From Kofleriaceae bacterium (GTDB lineage Bacteria > Myxococcota_A > Polyangia > Haliangiales > Haliangiaceae), in contig JBKJLC010000136.1 in NCBI GenBank assembly GCA_046597055.1, forward strand, positions 1 through 23,721: a DNA stretch of 23,721 nt, in the 5' to 3' direction. Shown here in pieces: positions 1 through 8,737 of this stretch. Made by a program: the position numbers and the translations under genes. Below the pieces are notes generated by a model that ran no database searches, was not told the DNA's origin, and saw only the letters and a program-made list of their open reading frames with translations. How positions within the stretch are numbered: position 1 is the stretch's first letter; each line of letters begins with the position of its first letter.

Positions 1-143
1 GAGCGCGCACCCGCCTGATACCAGCCGCCGGCCGCGTCGAACTCCCGCAGATCCGACATCAGCCGGAACAGCGCCGCATCCAGGTGCGCCGCCTGCTCCG
101 CGATCCGATCCCCCAGCCCCATCATCTCCGCCCGCATCCCCAT
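1..143 (-). CDS. DUF222 (13E12 repeat) / HNH-endonuclease-type protein, N-terminus only (runs off the window)
   Basis: Not in the ORF track. Manual translation from ATG at 143 gives MGMRAEMMGLGDRIAEQAAHLDAALFRLMSDLREFDAAGGWYQAGAR, which matches the typical DUF222 N-terminus (LGDxIAExAAHLDAA...LREFDxxGGW). An in-frame TAG lies just upstream; alternative ATGs at 137, 125 and 122. Confidence 0.7.
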   Translation of the reverse strand, partial: MGMRAEMMGLGDRIAEQAAHLDAALFRLMSDLREFDAAGGWYQAGAR

Positions 144-715
144 TGGCTACCACGCCAGTCTGACAATAGCCGTCCTTCCACGCCAGTCTTCCGCCGAGAC
201 GACACGCTCTCTCCGTTCTGCGTACTGATATGGCCCCTCTGGATTCCGGACAATAGAGTTTTAGTATCAGGGCAGTCGGGCCCTGTGGAGTCTGTGGATT
301 GGCGCGCCCATCACGCCGCTCGTGACTCGCAGGCGCGGCAATCCAAGCGGCGGTGGCCAGGCGCGCCCCCGCGCCGCTGGCACGCCGAACACGACCCGAA
401 GCGGGACAGGAGCGGACGGGGCTGACGGGCTGGTTCATGCCCCCGGTTCGCGCACGGAATGTGACAGCGACAACGCGGGCGTGGGCGCGAGTGCGAGCTG
501 GCGCATCCCGTGCGCGCGCAAGGGGCTGAACCAGCCCGGCATCCCCGCCGTCGCCGCCCCGTCGCCGTCGGGACGCGCGCCTCCCGCCGTCATCGCAAGC
601 CGGCGCGGCGGCCGCTGTCCCGGCGGACGCCTCGCGCCGCTCGCTCAATCACGCTACTCGTCCCGGCCGACCAACTCCCCGTCCTTCAACCGATCAACAC
701 GCCTGTGACCGGCTA

Positions 716-1423
716 CTAGGACCGCGGCCGTCGCAGCCGGATCGCGACCAGGTCGCGCGCGGCCTGCAGCGCGTCGCGCCGCAGCACCACCCGCGAGCCG
801 GCGACGTGCCGCCACGCGACCGCGACCTCGGCGACCCGCCACCTCCCGCGCGCGAGCGCGAGCAGCTCGACGTCGTAGGCGAAGCGCTCGACCCGGGCCC
901 GGCCCAGCAGGTCGTGCGCCGCGGCCCGCGTCATCAGCTTGAAGCCGCACATCGGGTCGCGCACCTGCACGCCGGTCACCACGCGCACCAGCAGGCGGAA
1001 GCCACCACCCAGCATCCGCCGAGGCCACGGCTGCGCGACCTCGATCGACGCCGGCGCGAGGTGGCGCGAGCCGATGGCGACCTCGGCCCCGGCGTCGAGC
1101 GCCGCCTCGAGCTGATCCAGCGCCTCGATCGGCGTGGCCAGGTCGGCGTCGCACACCAGGATGCGCGCGCCGGTCGCCGCGAGCACGCCGGTGCGGACCG
1201 CCGCGCCCTTGCCACGGTTATGCGGATGGATCAGCACGTGCGCGCCGGCCGCCCGCGCGAGCCCCGCGGTGCCGTCGCGCGAGCCATCGTCGACGACGAT
1301 CACCTCGCTGCTTGCGGCTCGGCCGGCGCCGGCGAGGTAGGCCGCGATGCGGGCCAGGGTCGGCCCCAGCCGGGCCGCCTCGTCGTACGCGGGGATGACG
1401 ATCGAGAGCGCCGGTCCGGTCAC
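716..1423 (-). CDS. GT2 polyprenyl/dolichyl-phosphate glycosyltransferase (Dpm1/ALG5-like)
   Basis: The C-terminal 235 aa of ORF 716..2869 contain LSIVIPAYDE, VIVVDDGSRDGT, NRGKGAAVRTG, DAD, AIGSR, DPMCGFK and FAYDVELL. The GTG start at 1423 overlaps the upstream stop codon (GTGA). Confidence 0.9.
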   Translation of the reverse strand: MTGPALSIVIPAYDEAARLGPTLARIAAYLAGAGRAASSEVIVVDDGSRDGTAGLARAAGAHVLIHPHNRGKGAAVRTGVLAATGARILVCDADLATPIEALDQLEAALDAGAEVAIGSRHLAPASIEVAQPWPRRMLGGGFRLLVRVVTGVQVRDPMCGFKLMTRAAAHDLLGRARVERFAYDVELLALARGRWRVAEVAVAWRHVAGSRVVLRRDALQAARDLVAIRLRRPRS

Positions 1424-2955
1424 GGCGCGGTGCCCGGGGCCGGCATCACCTCGCGACGGCGGAACACGCGCCAGGCCTGGGTCGGTGCCGCCAGCTCCTC
1501 GAACGCCGGATTGCGCGCGAGCCCGGCGGTCAGCGCCGGCTCCCCGGGCAGGTGGGCCAGGCGACGCACCAGCAGGAACCGGGCGCCGTCGAAGAACGTC
1601 ACCATCGCCTTCTCTGGATCGGTGATCACGCCGCGATATAGCAGCGCGTACGCCTCGAACCGCGTGCGGTCGTGGTCGCGCAGGAACTGCACGTTGAACC
1701 CGGCCATGTAGCGCTGGTCGCCCCCGAACAAGAACAGCCCGGGCATGTCGTCCCACGGCGCGACCACCATCTCGCGCGGCCCGGTGCGCGCGTCGAGCCA
1801 GCGCGCCATCACCTGGTAGTCGGCGGAGCGCACCAGCCCTGGGGTCGAGACCATCTCGCCGCGCAGGCGATCCACCGACCACACGCTCGTCGCGATCGCG
1901 ACCGCCATGGCCGCGGGCCCGAGCCAGCGCGGCCACGGCCGCATCCGCTCGGCCAGCTGCGGCACGGTGAGGATCGAGAAGACCAGGAACAGCTCCACCA
2001 TCTTGGTCCCCGACAGCAGCCCGGCGCCGAGCAGGCCCAGCGCCGCGATGGTGCCGCTGGCCGCCTGTGGCGAAACGCGGGCGGCGCGACCGAGCTGGCG
2101 GACCAGCACCACGCCCCACGCCGACATGGCCGCGCCGGCCAACTGCACCAGCATCGGACCGGTCAGCATCGCCCACTCGTTGCCCCGGTACTCGCCGGGC
2201 ACCAGCGATGGATCGCGCTCGAAGATCGTCCGGAGCTCGGCGAGTACGTAGCCGCCGTGGGCGGGCCAGAACGGATTGACGATCATGCCCGCCACCACGC
2301 CGGCCACGGTCGCGACCACGCAGCCCCAGTCCCAGCGGCCCTCCCACCAGCGCACGACAACCAGATGCACCACCGCGAACGGCAGCAGCACCGTCGCCCC
2401 GACGTAGATGTAAACGCTCAGCCACGCCAGCAGGAACGTCCGCCGGCGCGCGCCGGCCCAGACCGCGTCGACGAACCACGGCAACAGGATCAGGAACGTG
2501 GTAGCTCCCTTGAGGAAGACCGCATAGGTCAGCGCCAGCGGACACGCCAGCACGCCCAGCACGATCCACGGCGCTGGCCAGCGGACGCCGCGCCGGCGCA
2601 GCACCAGGTGCAAGCTGACCGCAAACGCGGAGCTCAGCAGGACCACACCCAGCCGCATCGCCAGGTCGGGTCCGAAGATCGCGACCAGCGGCATGAGCAG
2701 CACGTGCTGCCCCAGGTACATGTCCGGGTAGGGGTCGTGGAGCGTCGTGTGCGGCAGCCACTCGAACCTGCGCAGCCAGCCGTCCTCGAGCATCCGGCGC
2801 GCGACACCCACGTGCAGGTAGCTGTCCGCGTCCGTGAAGAACGCGGGCGCGAACACGATCCAGCTCCACACCGCCGGCAAGATCAACAGCAGCAGGACCT
2901 GGTGGCGCTCGAGGCGCGCGCGCACCGTCGCGCTGGCCTCGGGGCTGGCGGTCAT
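1420..2955 (-). CDS. Multi-pass GT-C superfamily membrane glycosyltransferase, STT3/PglB/AglB-like architecture
   Basis: 511 aa with many hydrophobic segments. DADSYLH follows TM1, GNEW lies in a late external loop, and APWDDMP is in a C-terminal soluble domain. Translationally coupled to the GT2. Confidence 0.7.
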   Translation of the reverse strand: MTASPEASATVRARLERHQVLLLLILPAVWSWIVFAPAFFTDADSYLHVGVARRMLEDGWLRRFEWLPHTTLHDPYPDMYLGQHVLLMPLVAIFGPDLAMRLGVVLLSSAFAVSLHLVLRRRGVRWPAPWIVLGVLACPLALTYAVFLKGATTFLILLPWFVDAVWAGARRRTFLLAWLSVYIYVGATVLLPFAVVHLVVVRWWEGRWDWGCVVATVAGVVAGMIVNPFWPAHGGYVLAELRTIFERDPSLVPGEYRGNEWAMLTGPMLVQLAGAAMSAWGVVLVRQLGRAARVSPQAASGTIAALGLLGAGLLSGTKMVELFLVFSILTVPQLAERMRPWPRWLGPAAMAVAIATSVWSVDRLRGEMVSTPGLVRSADYQVMARWLDARTGPREMVVAPWDDMPGLFLFGGDQRYMAGFNVQFLRDHDRTRFEAYALLYRGVITDPEKAMVTFFDGARFLLVRRLAHLPGEPALTAGLARNPAFEELAAPTQAWRVFRRREVMPAPGTAP

Positions 2956-2982
2956 GGCGCGATCATCGTACGGGCAACGCGG

Positions 2983-3360
2983 TCAGCGCGGCCAGTGCGG
3001 CAGCTCGCTGAGGCGCAGCATCACGATGTCACCGGTCCGCGTGTGAAGCCGGACGCAGCGGAAGTCGGACTTCTGCGGCGTGACGGTGGAGTCGCACACG
3101 GTCTCGTAGGTACCGTCGGTCTCGTCGGCCGCGCGCGACGCGCCGCTCGTGATGGGCAGCCGGTCGAGGTCGACCACCATCGCGTCGCCATTCCGGCTGT
3201 CGCTGCGGATGCAGAACAGGGTCGACTGCTCCGCCGTGTCGGCGGAGTCGCAGGTGATGTGGTACCGGGCCGGCGGGGCGCCACCCGGCGCGCTGCGGTT
3301 CGCGCAGGCGGCCGTGGCCAGTACGGAAAGGGCGGCGATGCTGGTACGGATCAGTTGCAC
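2983..3360 (-). CDS. Small lipoprotein with two tandem Cys-paired repeats
   Basis: GTG at 3360 overlaps the end of the fibre gene. Signal peptide with lipobox LATAAC. Repeats YHITCDS...[11 protein letters not shown] and YETVCDS...[11 protein letters not shown]. Confidence 0.75.
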   Translation of the reverse strand: MQLIRTSIAALSVLATAACANRSAPGGAPPARYHITCDSADTAEQSTLFCIRSDSRNGDAMVVDLDRLPITSGASRAADETDGTYETVCDSTVTPQKSDFRCVRLHTRTGDIVMLRLSELPHWPR

Positions 3361-4718
3361 AGGTAGCTGATGCTGCATTGGATCGAATTGGTGCTGCCCA
3401 AGATCTCGCAGCCGATCCGGTGGGCGCCCGTCGTCGTGACGGCCAGCACTGCAGTCGCGTTGGCCTCCCGACCGGTGCTGTTGCCGTCGCCGGCCACCGG
3501 CGTGGAATAGCCGAAGTCCAACTGCTCGGTGGAGGCATTGGTCGCGATATTGAGGAGCGTGGGCCGGACCTTGAAGTTGCCCTGGTTGGTCGCTCCGGAG
3601 AAGAACGCCTTCGCGCTGACAATGCACGAGCCCGTGTCTGAGAACGTGATGTTGCTGGTCTCGGCTGGATAGACAAACGTTGCACCGTTCTGGACAGTGC
3701 CCGGTCCATAATCGACCGGTCCATTGGTCTTCGACATCGTCACGGCGCCGTTGAGGATGTCCGTCGTCGTCACAGCATTCGCCGCGAGCTTGGCAGTCGT
3801 GACGCTGTTGTCCGCCAGCTGGGTGGTGCCGACGCCACCCGCCGCGATCGACAGGCTGACCGCGCCACTCGCGCCGCCGCCGGCGAGCCCGGTGCCGGCG
3901 GTCACGCCCGTGATCGTCCCGCTGCCACCGACCGCATCGGTGCCGCAGACCACGGTGCCACCGATGCCGACGCTGGTGACGTAGAAACCCGTGCCGCAGG
4001 TGCCGGTGATCCGCGCCTGGACCACCGTGGTGTCGACCGACAGCGCGACGGCGCCCGAGGCACCGCCGCCGGCGAGCCCGGCGCCGGCGGTCACGCCGGT
4101 GATGTCACCGGTGCCGGCGGTGTCGGTCTGGCATACGACGGTGCCGTCGGCGTTGACCTGGCGGATCGACGAGCCCGCGGCGCAGGTGCCGGTGACCCGT
4201 GACTGGATCGTGGCGGTGTTCACCGACAGGCTGACGTCGCCGGTCGAGCCACCGCCGGTGAGCCCGGCGCCGGCCGCGACGCCGGTGATGGCGCCGGCCG
4301 GGTCGAACCCGGCGAGCGCCTCGGCGGTGCCCGCGCGGATGGCGTACGGTACCGACGACAGCGGGATGCGCGGCAACAGGACGTCGCCGTTGACGGTCAG
4401 CTCCGCGTAGGCGGTCTGCCCGCCGAACACCGAGCCATCGAGCCCGTTGTTGATCGGATCGATCGAGCCCAGGTTGGCGTAGACCAGCCCGAGCTCGGCC
4501 GGCACCGCGGGATGAGTCTCCTCCCACAGCATGGTGCCGGCCGTCGCGGCATCGAAGATCGCGACGTGGAGGCTGATGTTGCCCGCGACCGGCGCGCCAC
4601 CCTCGGTGAGGCGCGCGGTGAACGACATCGTGTTCGGCACAGCGTCGGCGACGGCGGCGGCACCGAGCACGCCCAGGAAGGCGGCGATCGAGGCGAGACG
4701 GGGAGCAAATCGAGACAT
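3351..4718 (-). CDS. Secreted fibre/adhesin-like protein (N-terminal anchor domain, Gly/Thr-rich stalk repeats, beta-rich head)
   Basis: AAGGAG RBS before ATG 4718 and a Sec signal ending ADA. The N-domain [11 protein letters not shown]...LWEETH...[17 protein letters not shown] is typical of deltaproteobacterial tail-fibre-like surface proteins. Three ITGVxAGxGLxGGG repeats, VTTAKLA-type repeats, and a C-terminal beta-sandwich-like segment. Confidence 0.8.
   Translation of the reverse strand: MSRFAPRLASIAAFLGVLGAAAVADAVPNTMSFTARLTEGGAPVAGNISLHVAIFDAATAGTMLWEETHPAVPAELGLVYANLGSIDPINNGLDGSVFGGQTAYAELTVNGDVLLPRIPLSSVPYAIRAGTAEALAGFDPAGAITGVAAGAGLTGGGSTGDVSLSVNTATIQSRVTGTCAAGSSIRQVNADGTVVCQTDTAGTGDITGVTAGAGLAGGGASGAVALSVDTTVVQARITGTCGTGFYVTSVGIGGTVVCGTDAVGGSGTITGVTAGTGLAGGGASGAVSLSIAAGGVGTTQLADNSVTTAKLAANAVTTTDILNGAVTMSKTNGPVDYGPGTVQNGATFVYPAETSNITFSDTGSCIVSAKAFFSGATNQGNFKVRPTLLNIATNASTEQLDFGYSTPVAGDGNSTGREANATAVLAVTTTGAHRIGCEILGSTNSIQCSISYLCN
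3840..4296 (-). repeat. Intragenic stalk repeat, about 186-189 nt period, two full copies plus a partial third
   Basis: [107 protein letters not shown]. Boundaries approximate. Confidence 0.85.
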
Positions 4719-4753
4719 GGCGTCGTGACTCCTTCGAGTGATTCCGTCGCAGC

Positions 4754-5041
4754 TCACGGCTTCACCGCCGCGTTGCCCTGGGCGGTCGTGCCGTTGCCGG
4801 TGACCGGCGCCTGGCCGATGCCGTGCCCGATCTGCACGTCCGCCGCGTAGCGGGCCCCGCGCACGCCCTTGGCGCCGCCGGTGATCTCGTACGCCGGCAG
4901 CGGCGTCGCCGCATCGACCGGCACGGCATCGATCGCCATCGCGTCGGTCGGCCCCGCGTCCTGGAAGCGGGGCTTCTGATCAGCGCACGCGGCGACCGCC
5001 ACGAGCAGCGCAAGGACCACTGTCTTCCCCAGGCAGGACAT
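4754..5041 (-). CDS. Small lipoprotein, first gene of the fibre cluster
   Basis: [19 protein letters not shown] lipobox, a DA-rich myxobacterial linker ([18 protein letters not shown]) and a short beta-rich tail. Ends 35 nt before the fibre ATG. Confidence 0.7.
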   Translation of the reverse strand: MSCLGKTVVLALLVAVAACADQKPRFQDAGPTDAMAIDAVPVDAATPLPAYEITGGAKGVRGARYAADVQIGHGIGQAPVTGNGTTAQGNAAVKP

Positions 5042-5327
5042 CACCCGAGAGGTACCAGGATCGCCCGAGCGCCGGGTGGACAGTTTCGACCCTGCCCTCA
5101 TTTGCCATCCAGATCCCGCACCTCTTCCTGGGGCCGCCGATAGCGGCGAGGCTCCCCGCGTCGGCGCGTCGAGTCGGCGCCGGGCCGCCGAATCCGACTC
5201 CGCCGGCACGCACCATCGTTCTATCGCGAACTTATGTGAGCACCGTGGCCACCCGAGTAGCCGGACAATCCGGTGCTCGTTGGGCGCATGAATCGCCCGA
5301 ACTCCGCGACCACCCGTCAGGGATGAG

Positions 5328-5343
5328 TGGCACGCCGTTCGCT
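5328..5343 (+). promoter_or_regulatory. Putative sigma54 -24/-12 promoter
   Basis: TGGCACG-CCGT-TCGCT, followed by 13 nt and ATG 5357. Confidence 0.65.
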
Positions 5344-5356
5344 CGGTCCGTAAGGC

Positions 5357-6280
5357 ATGGCACGGCAGTCGACGGCCCCGATGTACATCTCCCGGACCCA
5401 CCTCGAAGGATCGTTCTCCGACGTGCCGCTCGATCTGCTGCTGGCCGCGTGTGCACGCCAGCTGGTGACCGGCGCGATCGACGTCGAGGTCGACCGGATG
5501 GTGGGGCGCATCGAGCTGCGCGCCGGCGCGGTCGAGCTCGCCGAGTTCGGCGACGCCGACGGGGCCCGGGCGCTGAAGGGGATGCGGCTCTTGGTCGACG
5601 GCGAGTACCAGGTCTCGCAGCTGCTACCCGACCTCACCGGCGAGCTCGGCGGCAGCGCCCGCGGCAGCGGGGATGTCGAGGGGGTGCCGCTGACCGCGCT
5701 GATGCGGCACTGCGAGCAGCGCGCGCTGACCTGCATCATCACGGTGGTATCGCGCCTCGACCGCGCGACGCTCGAGTATCGCGGCGGGGTCCTGCGACGG
5801 CTCGAGCTCAACGGCTTCTACGACGACGAGGCGATCGAACAGGTGCTCGACTGGACCGATGCGCGGTTCCGGGTCGCGGCGCCCGCACTGGAGATCGACC
5901 TGAAGGGCTGGCCGCGAGCCCGGCGCCCGCCGACCGACCCGCTGCCGACCGACGACGAGCCGGCCACCACGACCGCATCCTCGATGGACGAGCTGTCGGC
6001 GCAGCTCGAGCGGGCGCGGGTCACCGCACGGGGGCTGGGCGCATGGCAGGAACGCCCGGCGCTCGAGCCGACGGTGATGCTCGTCACGACGGCACTGCCG
6101 CTGGCGCCGCCGGTGCCAGCGCGCGCCTTCACGATGCCGCCGCGCGCCCAGGTGCTCCCGGCCGGCGAGGTCCGCCGACCGCCGTCGCCTCGCCGCAAGC
6201 GCCGACTGCTGTGGTGGCCGCTCGGCTTCTTGCTGGTGACCGCCGGTTCGGTGCTGGGGTTGCTCGCGTCCGTGTCGTGA
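5357..6280 (+). CDS. Tandem DUF4388 (PatA-N-like) domain protein with C-terminal membrane anchor
   Basis: Two copies of the pattern GSFSDVPLDLLL..C.....TGAI.V......G.I....G and GDVEGVPLTALMRHCEQRALTCIITV.....ATLEYRGG. A Pro-rich linker and RRKRR precede a hydrophobic C-terminal helix. Confidence 0.75.
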   Translation: MARQSTAPMYISRTHLEGSFSDVPLDLLLAACARQLVTGAIDVEVDRMVGRIELRAGAVELAEFGDADGARALKGMRLLVDGEYQVSQLLPDLTGELGGSARGSGDVEGVPLTALMRHCEQRALTCIITVVSRLDRATLEYRGGVLRRLELNGFYDDEAIEQVLDWTDARFRVAAPALEIDLKGWPRARRPPTDPLPTDDEPATTTASSMDELSAQLERARVTARGLGAWQERPALEPTVMLVTTALPLAPPVPARAFTMPPRAQVLPAGEVRRPPSPRRKRRLLWWPLGFLLVTAGSVLGLLASVS

Positions 6281-6338
6281 CGAAGACGCGGCGACGGTGG
6301 TGCCCCGACAGCGCTGATTGCGGCTAGATTACGCCGGT

Positions 6339-7706
6339 ATGCGTAGCCACCCCCACCGTCGTCCGGCCTCACCCGGCCTCCCCGTAGCCCGTCGTCTGTC
6401 CTGGCTCCTCCTCGCGATCACCATCGCGCTGGCCGGTTGCCAGAAGTCCAAGACGAAGAGCAAAGACGTCGAGAAGACCGGCACCGGCTCTGCCGCCGGC
6501 ACCGGCACCGGCACCGGCACGGCCGCCCCCGCCAAGGACCTGGACAGCAAGGACATTCTTGCGCGCGCCAATGCCGCCCCCGAGGTCTTCGTCAAGCACG
6601 TGCTCCTCGGCTGGCCCGAGCTGGCGCCGGCCTACCGCGGCCGGCTCGATCCGCGTGCTGCCAAGCGCAGCAACGCCGAGACCGCCGCGCTCGCCATGGA
6701 CATCGCCGCCAAGCTGCGCGCCAACCCCGACCAGATCGACGCGCTGGTCAAGGAGCACTCCGAGGACCCCGGGTCCCTCAGCGGTGAGCCGTACACGGTG
6801 ACCGCCGACGCGCCGTTCGTCCCCGAGTTCAAGCAGCTCGCGCTTCGCCTCAAGGAGAAGGAGGCCGGCATCGTCAAGACGATGTTCGGCTACCACGTGA
6901 TGGTCCGCGTGCCGCCCGCTGCGCTCGACCCGATCGAGTCGGCCGACATCCTGGGTCGCCCCGGCAAGACCGACACGATGCACGTGCAGCACGTGCTGGT
7001 CGCCTGGAGCGACGTGCCGGCCGCCCGCCAGCAGCCGGTCGATCCGCGCGCCGCCAAGCGCACCAAGGCCGAGGCCGACAAGCTCGCCCAGGAGCTCCTC
7101 GTCAAGGTCCGCGCTGGCGGCGACATGGCGGCCCTGATGAAGGAGTTCTCCGAGGACCCCGGGTCCAAGGACAACGCCCGTACCTACGAGGTCAGCCCGG
7201 CCGCGGGCCTGGTCGAGCCGTTCAAGAAGCTCGCGTTGCGGCTCGAGCTCGGCGAGGCCGGCCTGGTGAAGACCGTCTTCGGCTGGCACGTCATCAAGCG
7301 CGTGCCGCCGCCGCCGCCGCCGCCCCCGCCGGCACCCGACAAGCTCGACTCGGTCGACATCCTCAAGCGCGAGCCGGTCACCGAGAAGGCCAAGGTCAAG
7401 CACATCCTCCTCGGCTGGAAAGAGGTCAACGCCGACAACCCCCGCGGCGCCGGCCGCTCGCGCGCCGACCTCGAGGCGCTGGTGAAGAAGACGATGGCGG
7501 CCTTGAAGAAGGGCGCCAAGATCGAGCCGCTGATGAAGGAGCTGTCCGAGGATCCCGGCTCGGCCGAGTCCGGGACCAGCTACGACGTCACCCCGGACGC
7601 CGGCCTGGTCCCGCCGTTCAAGAACCTGTCGCTGCGGCTCAAGGTCGGCGAGGTCGGCGCGGTCAAGACCGACTTCGGCATCCACATCATCCAGCGCACC
7701 GAGTGA
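6339..7706 (+). CDS. Peptidyl-prolyl cis-trans isomerase lipoprotein with three parvulin (PpiC/rotamase) domains
   Basis: Lipobox IALAGC. Three repeats each carry HVLL/HVLV/HILL, SEDPGS, (F/L)VxxF and KTxFGxH(V/I). Confidence 0.9.
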   Translation: MRSHPHRRPASPGLPVARRLSWLLLAITIALAGCQKSKTKSKDVEKTGTGSAAGTGTGTGTAAPAKDLDSKDILARANAAPEVFVKHVLLGWPELAPAYRGRLDPRAAKRSNAETAALAMDIAAKLRANPDQIDALVKEHSEDPGSLSGEPYTVTADAPFVPEFKQLALRLKEKEAGIVKTMFGYHVMVRVPPAALDPIESADILGRPGKTDTMHVQHVLVAWSDVPAARQQPVDPRAAKRTKAEADKLAQELLVKVRAGGDMAALMKEFSEDPGSKDNARTYEVSPAAGLVEPFKKLALRLELGEAGLVKTVFGWHVIKRVPPPPPPPPPAPDKLDSVDILKREPVTEKAKVKHILLGWKEVNADNPRGAGRSRADLEALVKKTMAALKKGAKIEPLMKELSEDPGSAESGTSYDVTPDAGLVPPFKNLSLRLKVGEVGAVKTDFGIHIIQRTE

Positions 7707-7866
7707 CCGCCCGCGCGTGCGTCGCGTGATCGCGGCCCGCGCCGGTGCTCGGCGACCCGACCGCCGACGCGTCGGCGGGCAGGACGCGCCGGGAAAGTGC
7801 TCGGCGGGGCCAGGAAGCCGGGGACGCCGCGGCGGGCGGCTGGGCGCGCACGGTAGGCTCGCCGCG

Positions 7867-8685
7867 ATGGTCGACACAGCGGATCGGGTACCGGGACGGA
7901 TCGTCCACGAGGCGGAGCTGGTCCATCCGACCGTCGACGCCCTGACCCGCGCGTTGATCGGGGCGACGCCAGCGTCGTGGCGGGCGGCCCAGCTGGTGAT
8001 CACGTTCACCGGCGCGGCGCCGGTGATCTCGAGCCCGGAGGGCCACCGCGACGTGGTCGCGCTGACGCCCGCGATCGAGACGGCGATCGCCGAGCTCGCG
8101 CGCCTCCGGCTCGCGCGGCGGCTGGGGTGGACCGCCGGCGTGCTGATGGCGAGGCAGGAGGCCGACGGGACCTGGGCGGCGGCGATCGACTGGCACTACG
8201 GCGGGCTCCCCGGCGATGCGCCGCGCAGCGCGGGTGCCGCGATCGGCGGCGCGAGCCGGACCGCGGTCGCGACCGCGGAAGGCGGCCAGGCGCGTCACGA
8301 GGCGCTGGTCGCGCGGGCCGAGGCCGAGCTCGCGGCCGGCGAGGCCGCCGACGCGATGGGCTCGCTGGGCGAGGCGCTGGTGGCGCTGCCCGGCGACACG
8401 TTCGATCGGCCCGAGGCCGGCTGGATCTTCGTGCGCATGGCCGGCATCCGCCTCGGCATGGGCGACCCCAAGGGCGCGGTGCGCAACGCGCAGTCGGCCC
8501 TGCGCTGTGCCGGCTGGGAGAGCGACGCGCGCGCGCTGCTCCGGCTCGGGCAGGGCCAGCAGCTGCTCGCGGATCCCGCGGCCGGACCGACCCTGGTCGC
8601 GGCGTACCGGCGCGGCGGCGATGCGTGGTTCGCGTCGGTCGCGCCCGAGCTGCTGGCCTGGGTGCGCGCCGCCGCCGCGGGCTGA
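7867..8685 (+). CDS. Two-domain protein: YezG/DUF600-like N-domain plus TPR-like C-domain (putative toxin-immunity fusion)
   Basis: ATG 7867 is 7 nt after TAGGCT. N-domain ..TPASWRAAQL....GWT......DGTW...IDWHY; C-domain ALVALP....PEAGWIFVRMA....A.RC.G......LRLGQ....L..AYRRGG..WF. Family resemblance judged from memory only. Confidence 0.55.
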   Translation: MVDTADRVPGRIVHEAELVHPTVDALTRALIGATPASWRAAQLVITFTGAAPVISSPEGHRDVVALTPAIETAIAELARLRLARRLGWTAGVLMARQEADGTWAAAIDWHYGGLPGDAPRSAGAAIGGASRTAVATAEGGQARHEALVARAEAELAAGEAADAMGSLGEALVALPGDTFDRPEAGWIFVRMAGIRLGMGDPKGAVRNAQSALRCAGWESDARALLRLGQGQQLLADPAAGPTLVAAYRRGGDAWFASVAPELLAWVRAAAAG

Positions 8686-8737
8686 TCCGTCCGAAGATTC
8701 GTCGCAACCGGGCGGCGCCCTGGCCGACAGGGCGGGC

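Noticed and set aside
499..514. Sigma54-like box TGGCGCA-TCCC-GTGCG
   Set aside because: No credible downstream plus-strand gene and a weaker final base; it may be chance or a relic.
84..719. Plus-strand ORFs 84..425, 322..708 and 510..719
   Set aside because: No recognisable protein features; 84..425 overlaps the DUF222 gene on the opposite strand.
1424..2869. 717-aa ORF implying a large fusion to the GT2
   Set aside because: The upstream part overlaps the real GT-C gene in another frame; the GT2 starts at GTG 1423.
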